Origin: Lama guanicoe
Taxonomy: Eukaryota
Direction: 5' to 3'
DNA length: 64,000 nucleotides
Assembly: GCA_013239625.1 (NCBI GenBank)
Contig: MU054085.1
Span: 110,666-174,665, forward strand
Positions 1 to 12,074 of the stretch are shown here, piece after piece (position 1 is the stretch's first letter; each line of letters starts with the position of its first letter). A model generated the notes under the pieces. It was given only the letters and a program-made list of their open reading frames with translations. It did no database searches and had not been told where the DNA came from. A program made the translations under genes and the position numbers.

Positions 1-460
1 TATGTTTTAGGAAAATAAGAAGGTGGAAATAAATCAAAACATGTTTATAATCACAATAAAAGTAAAGAGATTAATTCACTCACTAGAAGGCAGGGATGAT
101 AAGATTATATTTTAAACAACAACAATGATGAAATATCCAGCTAAATGCTCTTTATGAAAAAGACACAAAACATAATGACACAGAAAAATTGAAAGTAAAG
201 GGACAGAAGAAGATATTACAAACAAGAGGTAACTATGTTAACATCAGACAAATAGACATTAAGGCAAAAATTAGGAACATCTAATATCCTAGTGTCCAGT
301 ATTAGGAATCAAGAGCCTCTATAAAATCACACAAAGTTATAACTTATTTGAACTGCATAACACAGCTTTACTAGGTATAAAGCAAAACCTAGCATAAGTA
401 CTAGGAGAAATGGATACATTCACAACCACAATGGGTGGGAGATTTTAACACATGTGAGTG
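1..460 (+). mobile_element. Old degenerate L1 ORF2 endonuclease-region fragment
   Basis: A-rich, with L1-like stretches such as aacatcagacaaatagacattaaggcaaaa and gggagattttaacac (GDFN remnant). Confidence 0.6.
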
Positions 461-1013
461 GCAGCTACAGGTTTATGTGCCAGTCTGCCTCTGATATTCT
501 GTCCCTCTTAATTTTTTATGTGGCTTTGAGCAAGTCTCTTCCTCTTGTTAGATCTCAGTCTCTCATTTCTGGAAAAAAAAAAGCGACTGGACCATATGTG
601 TAGAAATTCCATGAAATACCCACAATCCTATGCTAGGCCATGTTTGGGAAAAGACCTTGTCATATTATGGATGATTCTGAGCCCAGTGGCAGCTGGTGCT
701 CCCTGCTCAGCATGTCCCAGGAGAGTCTATTACCTGCTGTTTCCCCTGACAACGCCACCTTCCAACACCCCACCACCCCACCACCCCTCACCCCTCCATC
801 TCAGGCAGCTTTATAAATACAGAAGTTTATAAACATCTTTGTCAGCTGAAGGGCTAAGAGAGAAAACTGCCTGGTGAATCCAGCTTCTGGAAGGTGCTCA
901 TCGGGTTTACCTCTTGAAGTCAATTTGAGTGAGGAAGGAAGTTCAAGCCAATTCCACTGGGCGGGTAGCATTAATACAGGACAAATGCCCTGGAAACCTG
1001 GAAGGGGCCGCAT

Positions 1014-1142
1014 TTCCAAGCGTAGCATAAAGGGACTAACCAGACAGTGCTGGTGAGAAAAGGACTGTAAATGCAGCTTCCCTCCGTGGCAATTCCAAGC
1101 GTAGCATAAAGGGACTAACCAGACAGTGCTGGTGAGAAAAGG
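1014..1142. repeat. Perfect 50-bp direct repeat (1014-1063 and 1093-1142) with a 29-bp spacer
   Basis: ttccaagcgtagcataaagggactaaccagacagtgctggtgagaaaagg occurs twice, identical. Confidence 0.95.
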
Positions 1143-1814
1143 GGCTGGTTTTGCTGGCCTTGGCCATCACTGGTGCAACACTGAGCCAGCAGCTGCTTGT
1201 CTCTGCATGTCTTTCTCATCTCTAAAGTGATGGGACTGGGTTCTAACCTCTAAGGGCCTCCCAGCTCTGGTAAAGACAGAAATCTAAGTCTGGACAAGAT
1301 AACTCTTTTTTTTTAAATTGATTTTTTTTACTCAGCGGGAACAGGGAAGGAGCATACTAGCATTCACCAAGTACCTACAAGGTTCCAGATGCTTTACAGA
1401 AGTAATTTCATGTCATTCTCACCACACACCTATTACTATTTTAGTTTTACTGCCGATAAATGAGGCTCAGGGAAGAAATACTTAAGACACTCGTATTTAC
1501 TAGTATTTACAGGATTCAGGTCTTTTGACACCAGCGACTACTTTTTCTACTGCAACCAACCTACAGTGGCTAGTACATGTCAGTAAAGAGGTCAGATGGT
1601 TCTGCTGTGAATTTTAGTTCCTACAAGGTGGAACTCTTCCAGAAGGGGGTAAAAGGGAGAAGGGGTTTTGGTAAATGGCTGACACAAGACTACAAAAATC
1701 CACAAATATCTAATCATTGAAGTGGGAACAACACATATACACAAACATCCTGGGTAAGGACTGCTTAAGAGGTGGTACTGAGATGGAACCTTATAGTCAA
1801 CCGGTCAGCACGTG

Positions 1815-1930
1815 CACTCATTCATTCCTGCATCCATCTGTCAAATTCCTTCTGAGTATTTACTGTGGATTGGTTCTGGGATGCTGAGGGCGCAGCAATG
1901 AGCAACACAGACCCAGTCCTTGCTCTCCTT
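1815..1930 (-). mobile_element. L2 3'-end fragment
   Basis: cactcattcattc...tgagtatttactgtg...aatgagcaacacagacccagtccttgctctc resembles the reverse complement of the L2 3' end. Confidence 0.6.
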
Positions 1931-2564
1931 AGTCATGTTAAACTCTCAGTAGCTCAAGTCTGCTGAGAATTCAGTCAGTGGATAATGCATCACAATCTGG
2001 AGTGGACGTGCTGTGATGGGGGACCACATGTCATCATGGAAGCATGGGGCTGGTGTCTCCCCCCAGGCACAAGGGTTCAGGAGAGCCTTTCAGGAATGTA
2101 ACCCATCGATGGTTTTGTCCTCTCCTTCTCCTTCAATCTCCCCATTTTTTCTCAGTCTTAGATCTGTGGTCATCTCTCTTTCCTCTGACAGTCAAACTCA
2201 AATCAATTAACTCAGATTGGAATGCTCATCCACATTTATTGCACTACACCTTCTGGAGAACCTGCATTTTAACCTGGGACTCTTGATATCAAATGAACCA
2301 CTTCTCTACTGGTGTGACTGCTGTTATTAGAGCAGGACATCATTCCAGATTGGGGGTGAGAAGTGTTCCCCTAGATCACCCACGTAAGGCCTCTATACCC
2401 ACAGCACAGAGGGAACAACACTGGCTCAGAGATGTCAGTTGTGATGATCATGAATGCAATACTTGATAAGTGAATTAGGAATGCAGTGTCCCTGTCCACA
2501 TTCCATTTGACTTTTCAGTTGTTATCTTATTTGAATTGGGAGTAATAGATTTTGCATGAATTTG

Positions 2565-2740
2565 CAAGTTGCATGACCTTGAGAGATTTTCTAAGCTCTG
2601 GGAACCTCAGTTTATATATCTGTAAAATGAGGATTATGTTATAGCCCTCCTCACAGGAGATCATGAGAAACAAATGAGATTATTCATTTAAAGTGCTTAA
2701 CATAGTACATGGCTCTTATAAGAGCTTGACAAAAGCTTAA
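2565..2740 (+). mobile_element. MIR SINE
   Basis: MIR core: tgaccttg...cctcagttt...atctgtaaaatgagg...aaagtgctta. Confidence 0.8.
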
Positions 2741-3399
2741 TATCATTCAAAATAATAAGAATTTCAATTCTATTACCTTCCCTTTGCCTCCGTGTTATTA
2801 TTTCTCTTTCCTATGGAGACCCTCTTCTTCTAGGCAAAATGTCCAAGGGCATCTTGGCTTGCTTTTCAATGTTCCACTCCAATATGCCCCAATCTACCAT
2901 CTATGTCGACTTCCAACATCATGAAGGTAGCACAGAGATGCAACCAGAGCCCTGGCTGGGATGTATTCAGGGGGACTAAGGATCTTTTTTGGGTATCAGA
3001 AAAGCAAATAGTAACTCAAAGTGGTTTTCAAACTATGAATATTCTTGGCTTCATTTGTTCCTTTTCGGATAATCACGATGTGTGCAAAATGTTTAGTGCC
3101 ATGACTTATCCCCTATACATTCTTAGTAAATGAGAGTTCTTTTTGTCTTTTTTGGTATTTCTTCCACTACCCTCCTTCTTTTTTACTTGTAACTAATCCT
3201 GAAGACTGTCAGAATTATAAAGGGGGAAATGTGACAAAATAATTCTAAAGTTCATGTAAAGTAAACATAGATATTGAATCATGCACCCACAAGCTCTCCG
3301 ACAAATGTATTAAAGCATCAAAATCTTGTCAGTGCCTGAGGTCCCACCGATGTCAGAGAGCTCACACTTCACAAAGCAGCCTATACCATTGCTTCTCAG

Positions 3400-3560
3400 C
3401 AGTAATTATTCCCCAAATTGTCTTTACACGGATGCCCCATGACATGCTTTCCTGTCATTTCTATTCACTGGTCCTGATTTTGCTCTCTGGAGCAACCCAA
3501 AGTGAGTTCCACACCTCTTCTACGTGACAGCTTTTTACTCCCTTTCTTACATATGTCCTT
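3400..3560 (-). mobile_element. CR1/L3-like fragment
   Basis: cactggtcctgattttgctctctggagcaaccc...cctcttctacgtgacagc resembles L3. Confidence 0.5.
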
Positions 3561-4189
3561 TTCTGTCTCAACACATGGCCACTGCTGTAGTGTTGTCCAA
3601 CACAGTTGAAGGGGGGTATTTTAATGTCTCATTAGCATATCTTTCTGTATCTAGTTTCTCTTCCAATTTACCTCCCCGACTCTTGCAAGAGTTCTTTTCC
3701 CTAAATTGGGTTATTTTCTACTGGTTAAAGTCAAATGTTCAATTTGGCACTAGAGCCAGGGCTGCCATCTGCCCTGTCCTTCCTGCCCTCCACTGCCGGT
3801 CCTGAGTTGTCCCCTGTCTGTCCTGCCTCATTTCTCACTGTACCTTTACACAGTGTTATTAGTAGTATCTCTAGTTACCATGGACAACTTGCTGCCCAGA
3901 ATACTTTATGATTTTCTGCCTACTTGTTTTCACTTGTTCCACACTTATTTTTGTCTCTGGAAGCTTCCCTCATCTCCCCCTCTGTGTTCAAATGAGATGT
4001 ATTTACATTTCAGAAGTCCAGGCTGTTTCTAGACCTCGTACATTTTTGTGTCACTATGGAGGAAATCACTTCTATCCATCCTCTGAGAGATTATTCTTCA
4101 GGGTGATAACCCAATCACAGCAATCTTTTGGAAGACTGATCCCATGGTGACCTTTGGGGTTATCTTTGAAAATGGAGAAACCACATTTC

Positions 4190-5390
4190 CTTTTTAAAAT
4201 TTTAATTAATTAATTTTTATTGGTTTACAACATTATATAAGTTTCATGTGTACAGTATTCTATTTTGACTTCTGTATAAACTACAGCATGCTTACCACCA
4301 AAAGTTTCCATTCATCACCATATAATTGAATCCTTTTACCCATTTTGCTCTATCCCTCCCCATTCCCTTCTGGTAAAAACACTACTCTATTCTCTGTCTA
4401 TGGGTTTGCTTTTGTTTGATTTGGTTTATTTATATATTTATTTATTTATTTTCTGTATATGAGTGAAATCATATGGCATCTGTATTTCTCTGTCTGACTT
4501 ATTTCACTTAGCATAATACCTTCAGGGTTTATCCATGTTGTCTCAAATCGCAGGGTTTCATCTTTTTTATGACTGAGTAGTATTCCTTTGTATATGTATA
4601 TACCACGTCTTCTTTATTCACTTATCTGGCAATGGACACTTAGGTTGTTTCCATATCTTGGCTATTGTAAACAATGCTGTGATGAATATAGTGGGGTGTG
4701 TATGTATCTTTTCAAAGAAACTAGACCACTATCTTGCACTACACACAAAAATCAACTCAAAATTAATAGAAGACTTACATGTAAGAATGAAACCTTAAAA
4801 CTCAGCAGAAAACATAGGCAGGCTACTCTTTGACATCAATGTTAGCAATATTATTTTTTGTCTATATTTCCTTAGACAAGAGAAGCAAAAGCAAAAATAA
4901 ACAAGAGTGACTACATCAAACTAAAAAACTTCTGCACAGCAAACCACCAACAAAATGAAATGAAAAGCTACCAAATGAGAGACAATAGTTGAAAATCATA
5001 TATCCAGTAAGGGGTTAATATCCAAAATATATAAAGAACTCATACAAATCAATATTTTTTAAAAAAAGTGATTCAAAAATGGGCAGAGGACTTGAATAGA
5101 CATTTTCCCAAATAAGATGTACAGATGGCCAACAGGCACATGGAAAGATGCTCAATATCACTAATCATCAGCGAAATGCAAATCATTAGAATGGGTATCG
5201 CCAAAAGGCAAGAAATTCCAACTGTTGAAGAAGATGTGGAGAAAAACCCTTGTGCACTGTTGGTGGGAATGTAAATTGGTGCAGCCACTATGGAAAACAG
5301 TATGAAGATTCCTCAAAAAAATAAAAATAGAATTACTGTATGATCCAGCAATCCCATTCCTGGGTGTACATCCAAAGAATATGAAAACTA
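4190..5390 (-). mobile_element. L1 with 5' inversion (twin priming): 3' end on minus (about 4190-4715), inverted ORF2 C-terminal part on plus (about 4716-5390)
   Basis: L1 3' UTR reverse complement abuts plus-strand ORF2 sequence; breakpoints are nearly contiguous in L1 coordinates; imperfect TSD c(c/t)acattt at 4181 and 5391. Confidence 0.85.
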
Positions 5391-5470
5391 CTACATTTTT
5401 AATGCAGTTTTGTCACCTCAGACAGGTTATTGCATCACAAGGTGCAGAGCAGTTTATCAGAAGTTGGTTT

Positions 5471-5498
5471 ATTTATTTATTCTTTTATTTATTCTTTT

Positions 5499-5530
<32 letters not shown>

Positions 5531-5852
5531 TGACTTACTGACTGACTTACTGACTGACTTACTTTATTGACATATATGGTTTACTTACTTATTGAAGTAT
5601 TGTTGATTTAAAACATTATATTAGCTTCAGGTGTACAGCATAGTGATTGAATATTTTTGGAGTATTTTATACTCTATTATAAGTTATTATAAGATAATAG
5701 CTAGAATTCCTTGTGTTGTATAGTATATCCTTGTTGCTTATCTATTTTATACATCGTAGTATGTATCTGTTAATCCCATACCCTTAATTTGTTCCTCCCC
5801 TCCTTCCTTCTCCCATTTGGTAATCACCAGTTTCTTTTCTATATTTTTGACA
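5471..5852 (-). mobile_element. L1 3' UTR fragment with tail decayed to (TTTA)n and (TTAC/TGAC)n
   Basis: Typical attgaagtat...gtgtacagcatagtgatt 3' end; TSD-like aagttggttt (5461) and aagtttggttt (5853). Confidence 0.85.
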
Positions 5853-7039
5853 AAGTTTGGTTTTGAAGTAATTAAGCTGATCTGCCCACAGATCACAGCA
5901 CCAGAGGAAGCAGTTACTCTTCATCTTGCAAAAAAAAAAAGTTGCATGTCTGTTACTTATATTTCAAGATATTAAGATTTGGACAAAACTAATTCTTACT
6001 GAAATTCAAAATCAAAATGTGATTTGAACTTTTGAATTAAGTTGGTATAAATATTTATAGGAGGATAAAGCACATTTCAAATGGCTGGAACACTGAATGT
6101 CTTTTTTTTTATGTTAGCTGACAGATTAGCACAAACACCCAGACGGGGAAAGCTGGGAGGACGGAGGCCATAGTCAGGGACCAGATGAGAAAATAAGGAA
6201 AAGGGCACGAGAATAAATGAATCCATCGGGAGGAGTCAGGGAAGGATTATCTTCACAAAGCCACCTGGGAAACTTCCATAATTCCAAGCCACATGGCAAA
6301 CTGCCTGACAATGACAAGTCAATCAGTGCATCAATCCCTCTGTCTGTCACACTGCAGGTCCAGGCACAAATACAAAAGAGCCAGGCCTACCCTGGGGGAA
6401 ATTACAGTTGAGTAGAGAAACATGATCTAAACTCAGGAAACAGAATAATACTATATAATAAATGACGCAAAGTTGAATAAAGAGAAAGTAGTTAAGTGCT
6501 CCCAGCTCCAACTTACATGTGGGTAAGAGGGTGACTCTCTTGTGTCCTGTGCTATAGGGGCCCCAGTTAGGCCCTTCTATGACCAGGCCACCCCCATAAA
6601 GCAAGGAGTCTATGCCCTTCTTGGGGTCAGGAAGACATGTCCACAGTGACCCCTCTACCCTTGTCACCCTGGAATTCCCTACTTCCAGGGCCTGTGTGGG
6701 CCTCCTCCTTTGGGTCAGTCTCCCCAGGAGTGGACAATGCTGCTTGTGGTGCCTGTGGGTGGCCAAGGGGCAGCTGCTTATGGGGACTGGATGTGGAAAG
6801 AACGCAGATGCAGAGATCAGAGTGCCACATGTGTGAGACTCTGTCTCTGGGTAGGGGCAGAGGCAGTGGCGGGAAGGAAAGTGGGCCAGGCTGCAAGACC
6901 ATGCCCTGCAAGACCATGCTCCTACAAAGAACTCCAAGGAGTAAAGTGTTCAAACTGGGCCTTCAGGTCAACATTAAGGTGTATGTTTTAAAGATAAGAG
7001 GATAAAGATCTTAATGAATGGCTTATTAGCTTCATTTAA

Positions 7040-7582
7040 ACTTTAAAAAAATTAAAGTATAGTCAGTTACAATGTGCCAGTCTCTGGTGTACAGCATAAG
7101 TCACTGTCATACATATATATATATTCATTTTCATATTCCTTTTCATTAAAGGTTATTATAAGGTAATGAACATAGTCCCTGTGCTATACAGAAGAAATTT
7201 GTTTTTTATCTATTTTCATTTGCAGTACTTAACATTTGCAAATCTCAGATTCCCAAATTTATCCTCTCCCACCCTCTTTCCCCTGGTAACCATGAGATTG
7301 TTTATTATGTCTGCAAGTCAGTTTCTGTTTTGTGGATGAGTTCATTAGTGTCTTCTTTTTCCTTTTTAAGATTTCACATATGAGTGACATCATATGGTAT
7401 TTTTCTTTCTCTTTCTGGCTTATTTCACTTAGAATGATGATCTCCAGGTCCATCCATGTTGCTGCAAATGGCATTATTTTATTATTTTTATGGCTGAGTA
7501 GTATTCCATTCCATAAATATACCACAGCTTCTTTTTCCAGTCATCTGTGGATGGACATTTAGGTTGCTTCCATGTCTTGACT
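7040..7582 (-). mobile_element. 5'-truncated L1 3' end
   Basis: ORF track shows L1 3'-region peptides ([31 protein letters not shown]); short TSD-like attta(a/g)ac. Confidence 0.9.
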
Positions 7583-8699
7583 ATATTTAGACACGATGCC
7601 AAGACACACTCTTGTTTTTGGTAGGTCTGAGTGCTACAGTAGTTTGGAGAAGGGAGAGACCGACATTTCGTAGCAGCCTCATCACCCCAGGCAGGTTGCT
7701 GTATCACAAGATGCAGAGAAGTTTGTTAGAAGCTGGTTTTGAAATTAATTACGTCTACAGATCACAGCACCAAAGGAAGTAGTTACTCTCTAATTTTGCA
7801 AATATTTGTTGCATGTTTATTACTTATAATGCAGGATACTAAGAATGTGAGGAAAGTAATTCATACTGCAATTAACAGCAAGCACCCAGAAGGACTTCCC
7901 CTGGAGAGGAGATTTGAATTTTGCCTTGAAGTATTTGTCCACACTGGGAAAGAATTCCAAGGCACATGAATAAGCAAAGCCCTGGAGGTAACAAAACCTG
8001 GCTAGAGTCAAATCATTATTGATTTCTTCCAGCCCCAGCCGCTCTATGTATTCCCTCATATGGCTAAATTCCCAACTTTTTCTTCACATTTTACTGAAGC
8101 CCCTCTTCCTCCATGGAGCCTTCCTGGATTTCTTCATTTCATCAAATCACCTCTCTTTTCTGCTTTAGTTGGAATACTTTATCTAAATCATCAGCATGCA
8201 CAAGAATTTTTTAGAAAACCTACTGTACATAGACATTGCTAGTTGGCACTACCCAGTTTTTAATTGAGAGCTAATGCTTTTGGGAGTGTTATTTTTGGCT
8301 CCCTAAAACTAGAACTCCTGGGGATGAAAAGCCCTTCATTTAAACACAGAGTGACTATAAAACCAGTCTGTGGCAAGGTCATTCTGACAGTTCTATGTTG
8401 TCTGGGTTGAGGAGAGAGAAAGCAGAGCAATTATTGGTATTCTCACACTTTTTGATCAAAATTGCTTCTTGCAAGCAGAGGACATGTATCCTCTGGGAAA
8501 TCTGAGGGCATAGCCCTAAGCTGTGCATGTCCAGCTCAGACATTTATGTGAAGCCTCTTGTTTTATCTTAAAAACTTCAACCAGACTGTCTATTCTATGC
8601 CACGATACATTTTTCCATCTGCTAAAGTAAAGTTTTAAATTATTTATCATGGAGTAAAGCCAATGCTCCTGGAATATTTATCATGCCAGTTATAAAGGC

Positions 8700-8776
8700 T
8701 AAATGATTCTCAGGGCCAAGCACAGAACTTGGCACATAGTAAACATTTAAAAACTGTTGAATGAATGAATGAATGA
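8700..8776 (+). mobile_element. L2 3' end
   Basis: agcacagaacttggcacatagtaaacattt...tgttgaatgaatgaatgaatga. Confidence 0.75.
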
Positions 8777-8806
8777 GCCATGCTGAGGGGTCTCATATGC
8801 TCAGTC

Positions 8807-9364
8807 TGTCAGAGCAGGCAGGTAGCTAGATATGAGCAAAGAAGGGGGGACATGAGCAAGTGACAGAAAACCATACATCTTGTGAACAACGAGGGGGGGT
8901 TCTTGGACAGACCAAGAAAAAAAGGATCCTCTGGACTGATTAAAAAAACCGTACATTCTGGGTTGATACGTGTCCTGGAGGCAGAAGGGTGGGACAGGAC
9001 AGGAATCCCCACCATCCTAATGCAACCTTTTGTTCACCATGATCTCATCCAACTTCTCGATCAAGACTGAATAAGGATGAAAAATCCCTCCTCCCTACCT
9101 GGGAAGGTGGAGGTGGGATGAAGATCAGGAAATATGACCCCAAACCCCTCCCCACCAATGAATATTCTGCTCATTCATTTTTACACTCATATAACGAGCT
9201 TGCCGAGAAAACTCGGAGCAGCCACCCACTTGGATCTGCCCACTTTTTCTTTGAGTTTTTGGGTCTAACCTGCCCCTTAATAAATCCTTGCTTTGTTTTC
9301 TTAACCTCCGCATCTAGTCTCTGAAGTCTTTCTGTGACAAGACAAGAACCTCTGGACCCCAACA
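8807..9364 (+). mobile_element. Solo ERV LTR (class I-like), 558 bp
   Basis: TG...CA termini; perfect 4-bp TSD agtc (8803-8806 and 9365-9368); TATA-like catataa near 9190; AATAAA at 9279-9284. Confidence 0.85.
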
Positions 9365-9465
9365 AGTCGATTGCATTATATTCCCAGGAGAAAGCATGAC
9401 TGAGTCTGAGTAGGTGGGGATTAGGTCACTATTTCAATGATTCACTTGTCAAGTGTGAACAAGAA

Positions 9466-10250
9466 TGTTGCCCGCCAAGTTAGTAAACAAAGGATGTTCT
9501 GCCCATCAAGTGTTCAGTCCTTGTAGCCATCCAATTCAGTGCACCCTGAGGGCATTCAGGATGGAGAAAAACAGGATACTGGCCCGAGACAGTTACGGTG
9601 CATATCAAAGGAACAGTTTCATTAAAAGCACACCCTTCCATCTTGTCATAAAGAGAAAAGCACTACGTTCATTAACTTGAGATGGCTGGTTTTTCTTTAT
9701 TTAGCAGTAATCTTTTGATGTTTGATTACCTGCTCTCTTTTGTTTTGTTTTTGTTTTCAAAAACTCCTATATATCCTGACTTCTTCTTTACCTGTTTGGA
9801 CCAGTCCCTCAGAGCCATCTGAGAGGCTGTTGTCCCAGGCTTACATCCTCAGTAATGCCCCAAATAAAACATAATTCCCAACTTTCAGGTTGTGCAATTC
9901 TTTTTGACTGATGTTTTTGGCAACCAACGAAGGGACTTAGAGCAGACTTGTCTCCTTCGCACGAACTGTATGAGGAGCCAAAGTCTTGCCCATCTGCTGC
10001 CCAGAAGAGTCCAGACAAATCTGAGTGTCTCTCCAGGTTCCTGGATCTCCCATTGTTGGTTAATGATCCTCAATTTTATTTGGCACTTTATTGTAGTTAC
10101 CTGGCTCCCCAGCTGAAAAATACTGGAAAATACCTTCCAGCTGAAAAATACTGGGGGAGCCCAGTGGAAAGACATAGGAGTCACTCAGCTGAGAGACACT
10201 GAATGGTCTGGACTGGGTGATTAGCTGAGAGTCTGAATAAATGAGGGGTG
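9466..10250 (+). mobile_element. ERV 5' LTR (about 9466-9913) plus PBS and leader remnant
   Basis: Starts TGTTG; TATA-like ctatata near 9767; AATAAA near 9863; PBS-like tggcaaccaacgaagggac at 9918-9936, close to the tRNA-Arg PBS TGGCGACCACGAAGGGAC; right boundary uncertain. Confidence 0.75.
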
Positions 10251-10837
10251 TCAGAAAGCCAGCCTCCAACTAACATACCAGACAGATTTAGGTATGTACA
10301 AAACTGACACCTACAAGTACTTAATTGTGAATTAAAGGAAGTCTCGCCCTGAAAATGGCAGATGCTCCTTTATTGCATATGCAGTCAGTAGAGAAAGTCA
10401 CTTGATAAAACGTCTTTTCAGAATTCTGGCCTTAAAGAAACAAGAGTCCTTCTACGGGGAACTTGTAGTTCTCTCACTGTTACTAGATGGCTGCAAAGAA
10501 CAGTTATCATTCACAACACACGTTTGACAAGGTTGAATGTTGAGAAAAGCTGTAGAAGTATAAATTCAAGTGAAAACTAACTAAAACCCTTGGGTAATGA
10601 AGCCCCATCAGTCCCAAACGAGTTCAAGCAGAGATCTGTGATTAAAGTCCCTTTTGTTCTAGTCAGCCCTCTCCCAGCTTTATCTCCAGGCTGTCACTGA
10701 CTTCCCCATCCCTTGCCGTTTTAAACAAATAATTGGATGTCTGAGCACCTCCTTGCCTTTCCTAATCACTTCTCCCCTGCTGAGACCTGATCTTTTAAAC
10801 CAAGTAGACTACTCACATGGAGGAACAGAAGCATTTC

Positions 10838-11447
10838 TGATACTGAAGGAGAAATAATAAAATGGCCACACTTAGGCTAACAAATTCTTGGCTTTATGCT
10901 TACTGCTTGCTTTTAGAATGGTCAGCAAACCTGACTGACTGGACACTGCTCCCAGCCCCAGGCCCATTGGTAAAGCTAAGGTTGCTAACTTTGCTTTTTT
11001 TTTTTTTCTACTTTGCTCTGACAATTAAAATTTATAGTCATGTTTTCTGAATTGTTTCTCAGGAAGAGAGTCACAGAATGGTAAACTCAGGAGAATTGCC
11101 AGCCCCTTCGGAGTTCCTCCGTGCCACCAGATGGGTCTAACCAGATAAAGAAGGTCCGGGCTGAATACCTTCCAGACCACCAGATAATCCCATGACACCA
11201 AAACGGACTCATCAAGATTTAGAAAGAGTTTTCACCAGAGACTCTTGCTGATCATTACCACCTTTATGTTCCCACATGCTTGTATATATAATCACTAAGC
11301 CCCAGTCTCAAGGTGGGTTCACAGTTTTGAAGGCACCAGCCTGCTGTGAGCCCCCTTTGCCCAGCAAAGCCATAAAGCTGCCTTTTTCCTTCTAAGACCC
11401 TGTCTCTGTGTTATTTGGCTCACCATGGTCTGTTGAAAATTTCATCA
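10838..11447 (+). mobile_element. Probable solo ERV LTR
   Basis: TGATA...ATCA ends; tatatataa near 11283; variant poly(A) signal cataaa near 11371; U5-like ctgtctctgtgttatttggc; no clean TSD. Confidence 0.6.
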
Positions 11448-11479
11448 TCCTGGTTTAATGACAGCCTTCTTTGCTTTTT

Positions 11480-11670
11480 CCTGGCACTGTGGACTTCCTA
11501 TCTTTGTAGCTCCCACCACAGTACTTACATGTCCTTCACCTCTCTGGTTGACTCATAGACTTTAAGGGCATTGAGGCCATGCACGATGTCTTGGCCATTG
11601 ATATATCTTCAGCATAACACCTGCCACAAAGCGAGCGTTCACAAATACTTGCTAAGTGAGTGAATGAAAT
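11480..11670 (+). mobile_element. L2 3' end
   Basis: cctgccacaaagcgagcgttcacaaatacttgctaagtgagtgaatga. Confidence 0.6.
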
Positions 11671-11881
11671 GATAAATCATACTGTAACCATAGCTCTCCC
11701 CTTTAAAGAAGAATAAGACAAAAAAGAAAGTTCATGGGAACTAGAAAGTAATTTCATGAGTCAAAGGAATGCTACTCCCATTCACTAAACATCCTTGGTG
11801 ATCTTCCCATCAATGGTGCTGCAAGATCTACCCTATTTGTAATAATAATTAAATAAAACAACTTAAGAATTAGTGGCTGTC

Positions 11882-12065
11882 AGCATTCATTGGATGGTTA
11901 TTAAGTACCAGACACTGTGCTAAGTGCTCACATGCACTGTTTCATCTAATCTTCACAATAACTCATGAAGTAGGTACTATTACTATTTCCAATTTTCAGA
12001 TGAGAAAACTGAAGCCTGGAAAATTAGTGGAGTGACTTTCCCAAAATCACAAAGCTGATGAATGA
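11882..12065 (-). mobile_element. MIR SINE
   Basis: ccagacactgtgctaagtgct...aatcttcacaataac...aggtactattactatttccaattttcagatgagaaaactga. Confidence 0.85.
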
Positions 12066-12074
12066 TGGCCCTGC

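Noticed and set aside
1014..1142. Repeat-spacer-repeat resembling a CRISPR unit
   Set aside because: Mammalian intron, only two repeats, non-palindromic 50-bp repeat and no cas genes.
6347..7005. Cluster of overlapping ORFs up to 196 aa in a GC-richer segment, with a 15-bp tandem duplication at 6891-6920
   Set aside because: No recognisable protein, and ORFs on both strands as expected from GC content. The segment may be an old LTR, but I could not assign it.
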